Below, piece by piece: positions 23,392-49,886 of a stretch of 64,000 bases of DNA; within the stretch, counting starts at the first letter, position 1, and the number at the start of each line of letters is the position of its first letter. This DNA is from Bugula neritina. Lineage: Eukaryota > Animalia > Bryozoa. A program made the translations under genes and the position numbers. Under the pieces are notes generated by a model. The model was not told where the DNA came from and did not search any database. It saw only the letters and a program-made list of their open reading frames with translations. The stretch spans positions 4,970,698 through 5,034,697 of the forward strand of contig OZ037765.1 of assembly GCA_964035545.1 (NCBI GenBank), given 5' to 3'.

Positions 23392-24993
23392 ATTTATTCT
23401 TGAAAATAAACTACAATGGTATACAATGATATAGAAATATAAATACAAATGCATGAATACACAGAATGCTACACTTAAAACGTCAATGGGCAACCCTGAA
23501 ATGTTATGTATAGAATAAAAATATAAAGCATAGGTACAAACATGAATTAAACTATTAGCTGAAACAATTTGAATCTTGGTTTTACCATACTAATAATAAT
23601 TGATTCACATTATCTTTGCAGTTGCAAGTACAAAATTTATTATTGAAACAGAATAAGTGAACTTAAAAAAATAGCCAAAATTTTTTTACATATTCATTTT
23701 CATTAGAACCAATGAAAGTAAAGTGAAAATCAAGAGTGTCAACAACTTTCAAACAGCACTTATACTGCTAAGATTTGTAAAGCAAATCATTTAGATTACT
23801 ATTAGTACGCTATAGAAATAAATGTGAATTTAAGTACTGATCAATTGATTATTTATGAATGCAGCAACTGCAAGTAAACGTAATAGGTATGCCCATCAAG
23901 TCTAAAACGTTTTTTCAGTTTTGAACCAGCAGAACTGAGAGAAATGTATTGAAAACAAGTTTTGTCTAGAGTAGGACTTGAATTTTATGATAATAAACTG
24001 CTTAGCTTTTTCATTACAGCACATGTTTATGTTGACTAAACACTGAACCTGAAGAAGTTAGAAGAACTGATATGCTGTAAAAGCCTAGGTCTATTCACTA
24101 AATTTAATAACTATAATATTTTTTCCAATTAGAAGTATAACATTTTGATTTAGTTTCACTATAAGTATAACTATTAGTATTACTCAACTATTACTATTAG
24201 TAATAAAAATTTAGGTAGAAGAGTTATATTAATCCAATGCATACTAATTCTAAGTCAAACTAAAAACCAAAATTGAATCAATATTGATAATTGAAGGATT
24301 AATGCTTTAACTTTAAGTTTAGGTTTAATTATAAAACTAAAAATTAAATACTAAATAGAAATACTAATAATTCAAATTATAATATAAATACTATCAGTTG
24401 TGAGTTAGACTTAGTGTTATCACTCTACAAGTCTACTCGATTACAATTTAAATGTGAATAACTATAACTATAAGTATAACATTAAGTTTAACTAGTAGTA
24501 GTATAAGTATAACACTGTGATTAGCTATAAAACACTAACAGAGACATGTTCATATTCATATTGTTGATATTGATTAATACCAATAGCAATAGTATTAATA
24601 ATACTTATACTAATACGGTAATAGTAATACTAATTATATCACTCATTATCAGTCATACTGAGAACATAAGTCTCGACTATTAAACAATAAACTCCTAGAG
24701 GTTGTATTATAATTATTTTAATGTGAGAATTATAATTTGAATATATATAAAAGACGTCTCAATAATGATACATACAGTAACAGGTTTGAACATTTATTGT
24801 AAAATCATTACATTTTTAATGAGAGATCATAAATAAAGTGAACCAATAAGAACTCAATTTATATCTTCAAAAACGTTTTTAGTTTAATTGGACAGCAATA
24901 CATAGCGAAGCTTTATTCGTCAAATTAGGTTTGTTTAACTAATACCGATCGAGGTACTTGAACACCACCACTCTTAAAACAGGAAGCCCCAAG

Positions 24994-26955
24994 ATGGTAG
25001 GCGTACTTTGAAATATTTACTTAGATGTTTTTTTATGTTTCGTTCACATTTCAATAGTAAATTTACCTGGTATAAAACAGCTAAGGTTTAATCTTTATTT
25101 GGCATTTTATTATTTGGATAATAGTTTTATTTTTTTGTTACCAGTGGCAGTTGGTTCAGGCTGTACTCTTGTAAGTTAAAGTTGTAGTTGAAAAATTTAA
25201 ATTGCCATTAACTTTAAGTGATTAACTTAAGTTTCATTTTAAACTTTGAGTTTAAAGTGATTGATTTATAATTTAATTTGAAATTAAAACATTTTTGTCA
25301 TTATAATAATTATTATTATTATATGAGTATCAGTATGATTATGAATCATGAATTTCATCATGATAATCATCATTAATGATTACCATTATTATTATATTTA
25401 TAAATATAATTATTATTAATTATTTTGGACTTGATATTTCAAGCTGTACCACTAGGTCTAGTAGTAGTACTAGTAGTAGCACGACTATCATTACGAGTAT
25501 CAGCATTAGCTATTACTATTAGTATTAGTATTCACTTTAAGTTCCAGTCCATTTATTATAGTTATACTTCGTTACACTTTTTTAAAACTAATAAACATTA
25601 CTTATGTGCCAGGTTCTTAACTTTGGTTAATAAGCTTTCAGATTTTAGCTGCAATATTTTAATTTTTAGTTGTTTATTAAAATATTCATATAGTGTTGAC
25701 TATTTGTCTTTTTGCTTTTTTATGCTGAATTACTAGCTTTACAATTTCAACTCATGGTACCACCGTTTTAGGATGTTATTGTATTAATTTTAGTTTAGAG
25801 TTAGGAAATAATTAAATCATTTTGAAATATTCAGATTAGCATATTGATTTACTTAAAATTAAAAACATTAAAAAAATATGTTGATATTAGAAAAACTACC
25901 ATTTATGGTCAGTAGATTAATGTCTGCACATAATATCTGTATGAATATAGTGTTTTACAGATTGTTTTGTTTTGTTTCAGCTAGTTCTAGTACTCGGTGA
26001 TCTGCATGTGCCCCATCGGACAAATAGTATTCCCCCAAAGTTCAAGAAATTGTTAGTTCCTGGCAAAATACAGCATATTCTGTGCACGGGGAACCTCTAT
26101 GCTAAAGAAACATATGACTACCTCAGATCTATTGCAAATGATGTGCACATAGTCCGAGGAGACTTTGATGAAGTAAGACAAGTATAAATTATGATCAATT
26201 CTTTTTATTTGATACATTTTTGTAGTCTATGATTCAAAGCTGATTCTTTGCTCTGTAAATATTCCATGGTTTTAGTGTGATTTTTCAGGACTGCTCTCAA
26301 GTATTAATACGAATGCAGTTATCTTTATATCACCTGATGGCAAATATGCGTTTTTATAACATTTGAAATTGATAAAATTTTTCTGCCTAGTAGTTACATT
26401 CAACATGCTTGCATTTTATGTAGAATACAAACTGGCCTGAACAAAAAGTAGTCACAGTGGGCCAGTTTCGTATTGGGCTGTGCCATGGCCATCAGATTGT
26501 ACCGTGGGGCGACACCGAGAGTTTAGCCATGCTACAGCGTCAGCTGGATGTAGATATTCTCATATCTGGCCACACCCACAAGTTTGATGCCTTTGAGCAT
26601 GAGAAGAAGTTTTACATAAACCCGGGATCTGCCACTGGTGCTTACCATCCGCTGGACACGTAAGTGAAGCGCACCTCCCTTGATGCTATGACACCATCAA
26701 AGTTTTCAGAGCATAAATGCGCTCAAAACTTACAACAAAAGTTTCTACTGCAAAATTATTTTTCCACTAACAATAAGTCAAAAATATTGTTAGCTTCACA
26801 TGCCTATCTTTAATCTTGTTACATACTTTACTTGTAGAGACGTTACTCCATCATTTGTCTTGCTAGACATTCAGCAATCTTCAGTTGTAGCTTATGTTTA
26901 CAAACTCCAGAAAGATGAAGTGCAAGTCGAAAGGATAGAGTATAGCAAATCCTAA
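24994..26955 (+). CDS. VPS29: Retromer subunit VPS29; exons 24994-24996 (ATG only), 25981-26172, 26424-26659, 26838-26955
   Basis: M|[13 protein letters not shown]...[20 protein letters not shown]...HIVRGDFDE...[13 protein letters not shown]...DILISGHTH...[11 protein letters not shown]...PSFVLLDIQ...VERIEYSKS*. Confidence 0.97.
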
Positions 26956-27732
26956 GTTTTATTTTGTCAAAACACTTAGCAATAATATATAAGTTATTTG
27001 ATGACGTTATAGTATGTATATTTAGCAATTTTTGCTATTAAGATTTTTCACTTCATTACAATATTTCTCAGATATTTTTTGCAAAAATAAAACAATATAC
27101 CATTATGTGCACCAAGCTCAATTTTTTGCCTACAAATCTGATTTCCTTTTTGAATTGTCTAAGCCTTGGTGTTAACATAATTTGAGGTTGAAACTAGCTT
27201 TAAAAAAATTAAAATATTGCACAAAAATTGCAAATAGATTATATCATATAAAACTTTGAGCTAATACATAAAAAACAAGTCATATAAAAATGTCAACAGT
27301 TATAGAGAACACCTGTATCACGTTGACACAAGTATTGGCCTGGCCACAGGTAACCCGATCAAATTTGTGCTGAAAAAAACTGATGGTTGAAGCTAGTAGT
27401 ACTAGACAGCTCTTGTACTTCAGACTTAGAGATGATTTTCAGCTCAAGCATATTTAAATTTTAAGTTGGTTTGACAATATGGGCAGAGTAGTCAACGGAT
27501 GTAAGCTCCAAGTCTAGAGTGGGGAGTGTCTTGTTAATAGATTAGGTAGCACATGAAGTTTACACTGCAACTATCTTGTGTTGATGTTACAACTATCAAA
27601 AATATACAACATGCAATAACTTCAGATCTGAAAAGATCAATCTATGGCAAACTTTAAATAAAATCTAAAACCAATTTCAACTTGATTCTTTAAAATGACT
27701 AAAGCTGTTCTTGCCAGCATATTTTAATAAAA

Positions 27733-41768
<14,036 letters not shown>

Positions 41769-42251
41769 GTTACATAATAACAATGAACACTGAAAGTGGT
41801 GAGAAATCTGGATTAAAGGAAGATAAGAGCTAGTATTGATTTTCTGTTAATAGGCAGGTAATTAGAGCTCTCAAGTAATAAACCATATTAAATCGATGTT
41901 GTACATATATTAAAGAGGGTATTTATAACTAATAAAATCTTTATTAACTTGATATACTTTGGTGATAGGAAAAGCCAAGATTTCAACACAATTTGTAGAC
42001 TTTGTAGACTACAAGCTAAAAACTGCACGTTTGTATAATTAAAAAAGCAAAAAGCAAGTTTATGACTATGCCGATGTAGCAAAGAATTAAAAATTAAATT
42101 CATAAGAAAAAAACTGAGATTACATCTCTCCAAATTGTAGCTAAAATATAAAACTTTTTTTCAATAAAAAAGTAGAGAAAACTGAGCTATGACTAAGAAT
42201 TTGCACGAGTAGCAAGTTTGGTGGCTGACAGGAGTAAACAACTCCTCGTAT

Positions 42252-45200
42252 TCAATGACATCCAAGATGTGGATACTCTTCAGGTAACAGTGTATTAGAT
42301 CGACAGAGCGGGCAACTCCTGTCTCCTTCTTTGGCAACCCACTTCTTTAAACACTGCAACATACAATATCTGATCACTTGAAATGCTATCCAACTTTTTT
42401 AAATAATTAAAATGAGAGCCTCTATAATTATTTACCTAAAAATATCCATCAATATTAATAATTAAACTAAAATATGTAATTTCCTGCAGTATATCTTAGA
42501 AGAACTCCTCTTGACTGATGGAGTGCCTACCTTATAATGAAACGCATCATGACCACATTCGAGTTTCTGCCGAGAGTTCTGCGACATCCTATCTAAGCAT
42601 ATTGAGCATTCTTCTCCCAGAGGCTGAAAAAGCCGACAAGAGTTTAATGTGCATCATTAACAGGTGTAATGCATTTAATTAAACTAAACAATGGTACCTG
42701 ATGTCAACCATACCTAATTAACACTATTAGAAGCACCTTAAACTCAGTTGCTAAGCAAGCATTGGAAATCAAGTGATATGATGGTGATGATATAAGGTTA
42801 TTGGTATTATATTGTAAATTAATAATGTGTAATCCTGTTTGCTGACAATATGTAGAAAACACCAACACTGAGATGTCATGTGTCAGAGGAATAACAGTGA
42901 CATGACATGTCAGTGTTGGTACTGTCAGAGAAATAACAGTGACATGACATGTCAGTGTTAGTACTGTCAGAGAAATAACAGTGACATGACATGTCAGTGT
43001 TAGTACTGTCAGAGAAATAACAGTGACATGACATGTCAGTGTTAGTACTGTCAGAGAAATAACAGTGACATGACATGTCAGTGTTGGTACTTTCACAAGA
43101 ATAAAAGTGACATGACATGTCAGTGTTGGTACATGAGCTGCACCAGATAATCATAGTTCTGATAATGAGTATTTATAACTGATGAATTTGGATAAACAGA
43201 ATGACACTTGAAATAGCTGACCACAATTTTAATCCAAAAATTGAACAAAAATAATTGCGAAATATAAAGAATTTAAGTAACTGTTTTACCGCATGGGCAA
43301 ATAAGCCATTTATCACACCAGAAAAGTTTAATGTAACAAAAAATTCACGTTGTTAAGCCAATAAACACACACATACTCCAGCCATTAACTCATTCATACT
43401 GATTTGAGAATCATCAAAGCCTTGTGAGAAATGACTAGACTGAATTTTATGAGAGATCTTGCAATAATAGAAACACGAGGAAGGCTATGTACTCATGTAT
43501 CATCAGATCAACGACTCCCATATCAATCAAGAATCAATACTGCACTTTAGTTCAGAAACAGTCAAAAGTCAAACCCAACTGTAGATAGTAATACATCCGT
43601 TCACTAGAAGTATAGATATTGAAGGAATTTGAGTGCAAACCATGTGCACTATTTCCTCCAGTTTGTACACCAAATGCTTGAGGCCCAGTTTCATTAGCCT
43701 AGTTTCTTACCCCAAAAATAACTAAGCTATTCATGCTTATATATTATACAGTTAAACACCCATCAATGCTAAGAGATGTTGAACCAAGGTGAGAAAAATA
43801 TCCAACTAGAAACACTGGTTAAAATTTAATTTTTTTTGTGAAACTAGCCTTACTAAAACCAAAACACATTTAGTTGCAGACTAAAGTACTTAAACCTCTT
43901 CAATGATGCTGTAACGAAAAGCATGCTGCCCCAATGTACTCACATCTATATCAGACTCTAGTAGAGATAAATCTTCCTGAGGGGGCTTCTTCTTATCTGG
44001 AATAGCTTTCTTCTGTTTTGTTTTGATATATTCTAGTGTACTCACTATTGGTCGATTCTTTAGCTCTGATGCACCATGGGCATAAACACACTGTAAACAG
44101 ATGTCATGTAACATTTGCAGTGACAGAAATTATCAATAGTTACATCTGTATTAACAAGAAAATAGTTAGGTAAAGTTTACTTAAAATAAATATATCTCCA
44201 GATAAGAAGTGAATAACTTCACAAAAATATTGAGACACATTACTAGGTACTTTTCACTTCTACTAAAGAGGTGTTCGGGTTTGCTGCTAATCGTGCATGA
44301 ACAATGAGGAGCTAGTAGTGACTTTAACTGCTACTTTGTAGTAGATTCAAGTAGTGACACATTACTAGTCACTCTCACTAACTATATCTGCACATTTCAT
44401 GAATTTTATGTTTAGGAAGTTTTCTGCAGGAGCTCAAAAACACCAAAGTTACTCTATTAGATTATAGGGTATAGGAAACTACATAGCATTCTGCTAAGGT
44501 TTAATGCTTTAGAAATCCTTGTTTCTTAAAATTTTCACCCAATACATTAACGAAATTTTTTCCAATGATTTGATTCAACTGTTCAATATCATGACATACA
44601 TGATCATTAGAACTAATAGTTTTCTACCCTATTGCAGCAAAAAAAGCTAAAAAAAATTAAAAGTAACTTTAGAAATTTTTTGATGAGAAGTTTAAACTGA
44701 TATATAATAACAGTGGAAACTTGAAAAAAAAACCTTACGAATTCAATTTTTACTGTATCTTTTACGAAAGCACAAAAACATACTTTTATATCTCTGCAAT
44801 TAATTTCACAACTAATAAACAGCATTTAGCTTTTCCGTCTAGCTACCACTAACCCTTCTGTTATTGCACTTCCCCTCTAGATATCTTTCGCATAACTCAT
44901 CTTTTGGCAGAGGGCGCTTCTCACTTTCGCCATGAGCGTATACACAACTGCCGGGCTTCATGTGACATCTACCAGTGGTTTGGTAAGAGAGACATAACTC
45001 AGTACGATACTTGAGCTGTTTCAACCTGGCAGGACAGAGCTGGTTCTCACAGGGTTCTTCGTGGTCGGGTACTGCCTAAAGCAAAACTCTCTGGTCTAAT
45101 ATTGCTCAATCATTGCTGAATCGTACATACATGCAGCTCTGTTCCTGGGCTCCAAACCAGATGTGTGAACGAATATATTTATAGATTGATTTTTGCACTT

Positions 45201-48200
45201 GATGTAATCATGTAGAATAAAGGCTGCCAACTGGTGACAATTCAATAGGGGGAAAGGGTGCACACACAGTAAATTATTGAGAGCCTAAAATTTCACTTTG
45301 ATAGCATCGAATGCAAAGTTGAGCATTTCTAAAATATGATTTTAAAGGATTGCTCTATCTTGTCTAATAAATGGCCATTTAGGTCAAACACACATAATAT
45401 TGTGTTTTTCTAAGCATGCATTGACAAAAAGCATTTGACCAAAAGTAGAAAAAGTTAGTTGAAGTTGAGGGTGTAGATTGGTAACAGCCAAAACGCCGAT
45501 TTTGAAATGAGCTGGGAAATGTGACGTAACAGCGCCAGCATTCCTGCTGGTCACGTGACTATACAAATGAATAACTATAGAAATATGACTGTGAGATGTG
45601 ATCTTTCAGCTCGTAATTTGTATATTTATAGAAGTGCAAATGTGAATTATCTCAATCTATAGTTTTTTGACATGTTAAATAACATGTATGTGATAACATT
45701 AGGCCATATTTTGCTTGTAAACATAGAAAAAAGCATTGCAAAAACATGCATTCTTTAGGATGAATGCCTACGATCGATCTAAACTAGGTCAGATTGTGCA
45801 ATATTACGGGCGCACCAAAGCTGACCTATATAACGCACTGTAACTGCTTGAGCGTTATTGGTTGATGTTGTGCTCAGCAACCTTGAATACTAGCGTTATA
45901 GTTAGCACGTGCAGCATAGTTACTGGCGTTCACACGTCACGTATTAGGCTATTCTTTTTCATGGCTGAAAATTTTACCTCCCTCAAAATTGGAATTTTGA
46001 AAAGCTGTTTTCTAGGCATATATCCCTTTGCAAAGTCACAATTGTTTGCATACACATTAGATTATAGTTCATAATTATAATGTGATTGTAATAAACTAAG
46101 ATAGAGCAATCCTTTAAGCCTGTATGACCAAATAGCTAGCCCTAGGCCTTAATGTATGCAGAGGGGTGCCAACCTTAGCACGGGCTGTTAGCGAGGCTGG
46201 TTTAAGGATGTTCTTGTTCTTAGAGAGTAATCTCTCTGTGTCTTTCACAAGCTCTGTGAGAGGGATATTCATATCACCATTGCGCTCCTGTCTGACAACC
46301 TGTAGTGCAGCAATAACTTCCGGCCTGCAAGTACACAGAACGCTACTCACCACTACTGTGTACACAACTTGTACTACAACACTGAGTCACTCAAAGCAGA
46401 AAACCAGCACAGAAATACAATATAATACAACTCCAACACACTCTGCTGCTAAAAAAAGAAGTTGACAAATCTAACTACACTCTATATCTGTTGGGACATT
46501 ACATGAGCTTGGAAAGCTTTTCCTAATTCATTATAGCTTTTCATACATTATTACAGCCATGTTAGCTACATTATGCTTTTCCCATAACAATTATGGCTAC
46601 TACACAATAGCTAACTTTTTAGACTGGTATAAAAACCCAGCATTTTCACTTATCTTTTTACTTGCAACTTGCACTTATAACTTAACTTTTTCACATTGCT
46701 ATTTTCGTTCAGTCTGCGACAAACATACATATCTATGTATTAAAACACAATATCAAAATTATACACTAATAGAAATATTTGGCCACAAACCTGAACTCAA
46801 CTGACATACCTGGAGAGCATATACTTTTCCTGTAGCACTGACACCATAGTCTCGAAATTGGAGCTGTTAGTGAGAGGGGAATGAGGCTGAAGAATGGACA
46901 GGTGGTTGAAGGACTGACTCATCTGCTGGTAGGAGGGTGGGCGGGGCTTTTTGCTTCCTACGGCTTGCCAGTCTCCGTCTCCTGCTACACTATCCGTCCC
47001 GCCAGCAGCTGAACAGAGTATACAAGTAACTATACAGAGTAGAGTATCAATTATACAAAACAGAGTACCAACTATACAGAGTAGTGTACTAACTATACAG
47101 AGTAAACTACTAACTATACAGAGTAAACTACTAACTATACAGAGTAGACTACTAACTATACAGAGTAAACTACTAACTATACAGAGTAAACTACTAACTA
47201 TACAGAGTAGAGTATCAATTATACAAAGTAGAGTACCAACTATACAGAGTAGTGTACTAACTATACAGAGTAAACTACTAACTATACAGAGTAAACTACT
47301 AACTATACAGAGTAGACTACTAACTATACAGAGTAGACTACTAACTATACAGAGTAGAGTACTAACTATACAGAGTAGACTACTAACTATACAGAGTAAA
47401 CTACTAACTATACAGAGTAAACTACTAACTATACAGAGTAGACTACTAACTATACAGAGTAGACTACTAACTATACAGAGTAGACTACTAACTATACAGA
47501 GTAGACTACTAACTATACAGAGTAAACTACTAACTATACAGAGTAAACTACTAACTATACAGAGTAAACTACTAACTATACAGAGTAGACTACTAACTAT
47601 ACAGAGTAAACTACTAACTATACAGAGTAGACTAATAACTATACAGAGTAGACTACTAACTATACAGAGTAGACTACTAACTATACAGAGTAGACTACTA
47701 ACTATACAGAGCAGACTACTAACTATACAGAGTGGACTACTAACTATACAGAGTAAACTACTAACTATACAAAGTAGACTTCCAACTATACAGAGTAGAC
47801 TACTAACTATACAGAGTAGACTACTAACTATACAGAGCAGACTACTAACTATACAGAGTGGACTACTAACCTATCTGAGACCACTTCTGATGGGAAAACT
47901 TCTTTTGAATAGGAGTGCTGAAGTCAAGATCTAAGCTATCCAACCCCATTGAGCCTAAACAAACACCACAATGATAAACACAGACTCACAACAAATTTTA
48001 GGAAACAGAAATCAATGCCTCACTGAATTTCTCCACATTTAGTAGCCATGATTGCCCAAGGAGTTGTTTCCTCTCAAAGTGATTGTCTTGTTTTTTAATT
48101 TCGAGTTGGAGAATAGTTTAAATATACTATTCCAACCACTACTAGTCTGAAGGCACACTTTTGCACTGCTAATGGTAGTAATGTATGGTATGTATAGCAT

Positions 48201-49886
48201 GGTAGTAGTGGCAACCATGCTAACAGTGCAAAGGTATTCTTTCAGACTGGAAGTGATTAGAGTTGTGGTTACCTGAAGAGCTGGGCGAGGAGGTTGTGTT
48301 ACGGACTAGTGTATTGGGTACTACGTCGGGTGGGCGGGCAAAAGCGGAACTGTTTAAAGGATTTGAGCAAGAGATTCGAAAAGCATTAGTTTGCTGACGA
48401 CTGGCAGCACAATCTAGACCAGCGAATTCCTCAGATCTGACATCACGGTGAATATTAAAATCATAAGGTGTATGAGAAGCACCAAAGGGGAGAGAAGGCT
48501 GGCCGGCCTAAAAATATGTATATCACAATAAGCTGTGCACCTAGCACCATGGATATATCTATAACCATACTTTACTGAATGTTTCTGCTCTGGTGACATG
48601 TTGACATACTTTAGTATAAACATCCTAAAGACAGTTAAAATGTTCAGATAGCTACTAGGTCAAGGTGAAAATAAGGTGAAATTCCTTATAAACAGGTTAT
48701 GGGGTCTGCTACTAGACTGAGTGAATGATGATTAATAATGAATGTAAAATTACCTCCTTAAATATGCCAGCTGTAGGATGGTCGAAACCATTCATTAATG
48801 TGTTTGAACTATTCAATACCATATTTTGATTAGAACCTGCAAAAGTTTAATAAAATGAATGTCAAAGAGTGGTCATACTTTTAGCATATAAACTAGAGCT
48901 TTTCATGTGAATAAAGCCACTAGTATTCTACTCTCAACAAATTTAACTAAAAGCTATACTCTTACTCTAACCAAAGCTGCATAAATAGATGAATACAAGT
49001 GAAAAGTCACATAACAAATAATATACAACTATTAATATACATTAATAATAAATATAGCAAAGCAACAATTTAAAAATTAGAGAAAATTCAGATAATACAA
49101 TTAGGTTCCAGCAAGATATGCCCTTTTTGTTTGGCAAGTAATATTAACTTTCATCATCAACAGTTCCACCATAGAGGTATAGTTAATGAATTATCTCATT
49201 GAAATGTGGTGATGCGGGGTGAAAAATAATGCTACATAGTATCAGCTATAGGGACATAATGTAAAGAGAAGAAAGAACATTACACCTACCCGTAGCACCA
49301 AAAAATGAGGAATAATTAACAGCATTTTCCTGCGTTTCTGGAAGATAAGGTAAAAATAATGGTTGCCCAGGGACGCCAGCTAATGTGGGTGTGACTGGAC
49401 CCAGACTAAATGTCGTCAGGTCAACTGTATCATCATCAATAAGTGGCAACTCGCTCAGCTCATGTCCGTCGTTGAGGGCACGCAGATTGAAATCCAATAT
49501 ATCCTGAATTGTAAAACGTGAAAACACAGTTCGAGTGAAGTAGAAAAAAAGGAGCCTCATCATATTTATAAAAAGTGAAACGATTTTGAAAAAATACAGG
49601 AAACGCCTAAGAGCCCATGAACGAGAGTGTAATTTTCACAAATTCTATAAACTTAATGTACACAAATTTTTCAAGAATTTTTTACACAATACTTCATTGC
49701 AAGTGTAAAATAGGGGAGAGACAGTCAGAGGGTGGAAGCTAAAGAGACGAATAGCAAGTGTCAGCGATATTGTGCAGAAAATTAAGATATATTTCAAATC
49801 AATGTGATTGGCTCATCATTTTCAACACTCACACGAGCTTTTTTCTTGAGATGTTCAGTGAGCATTGTTTGCGCCTGAAAATCCAT
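42252..49886 (-). CDS. TTC3/DZIP3-like RING-H2 E3 ligase with tandem CCCH zinc fingers; exons (49886?)-49833, 49503-49290, 48836-48754, 48507-48273, 47954-47871, 47008-46810, 46324-46174, 45075-44854, 44090-~43944, unresolved exon(s) ~43700-43376, 42623-42531, 42353-42252; start codon uncertain (alternative ATG at 50400)
   Basis: CCCH1 KYRTELCLSYQTTGRCHMKPGSCVYAHG; CCCH2 KDELCERYLEGKCNNRR|CVYAHG; RING-H2 CSICLD...ECGHDAFHYK|CLKKWV...CPLCR followed by TLLPEEYP (DZIP3/TTC3-type C-terminus); a helical segment FETMVSVLQEKY...ALQVVRQERNG...LTELVKDTERLL; phases agree for the listed exons. Confidence 0.78.
42874..43135. repeat. 42-bp minisatellite (~6 copies), intronic
   Basis: TGTCAGAGAAATAACAGTGACATGACATGTCAGTGTTAGTAC units. 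Confidence 0.92.
45346..46113. mobile_element. Kolobok-type non-autonomous DNA transposon (TTAA TSD, AG...CT ends)
   Basis: TTAA|AGGATTGCTCTATCTT ... AAGATAGAGCAATCCT|TTAA: 16-bp perfect TIR, TTAA at 45342-45345 and 46114-46117, no transposase ORF. Confidence 0.8.
47012..47870. repeat. 21-bp minisatellite (~40 copies) filling an entire intron
   Basis: ACTACTAACTATACAGAGTA(G/A) units; the repeat explains the spurious 327-aa TIQSRLL ORF. Confidence 0.95.
48143..48248. repeat. Imperfect inverted repeat (possible decayed MITE)
   Basis: AGTCTGAAGG...TTTGCACTG versus CAGTGCAAAGG...TTCAGACT. Confidence 0.45.

Noticed and set aside
42704-43154. Repetitive Cys/His-containing ORFs (130 aa and 92 aa)
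   Set aside because: Translations of the 42-bp intronic minisatellite
46951-47934. 327-aa plus-strand ORF of TIQSRLL repeats
   Set aside because: By-product of a stop-free 21-bp minisatellite lying antisense within an intron; it has a non-ATG start and no domain
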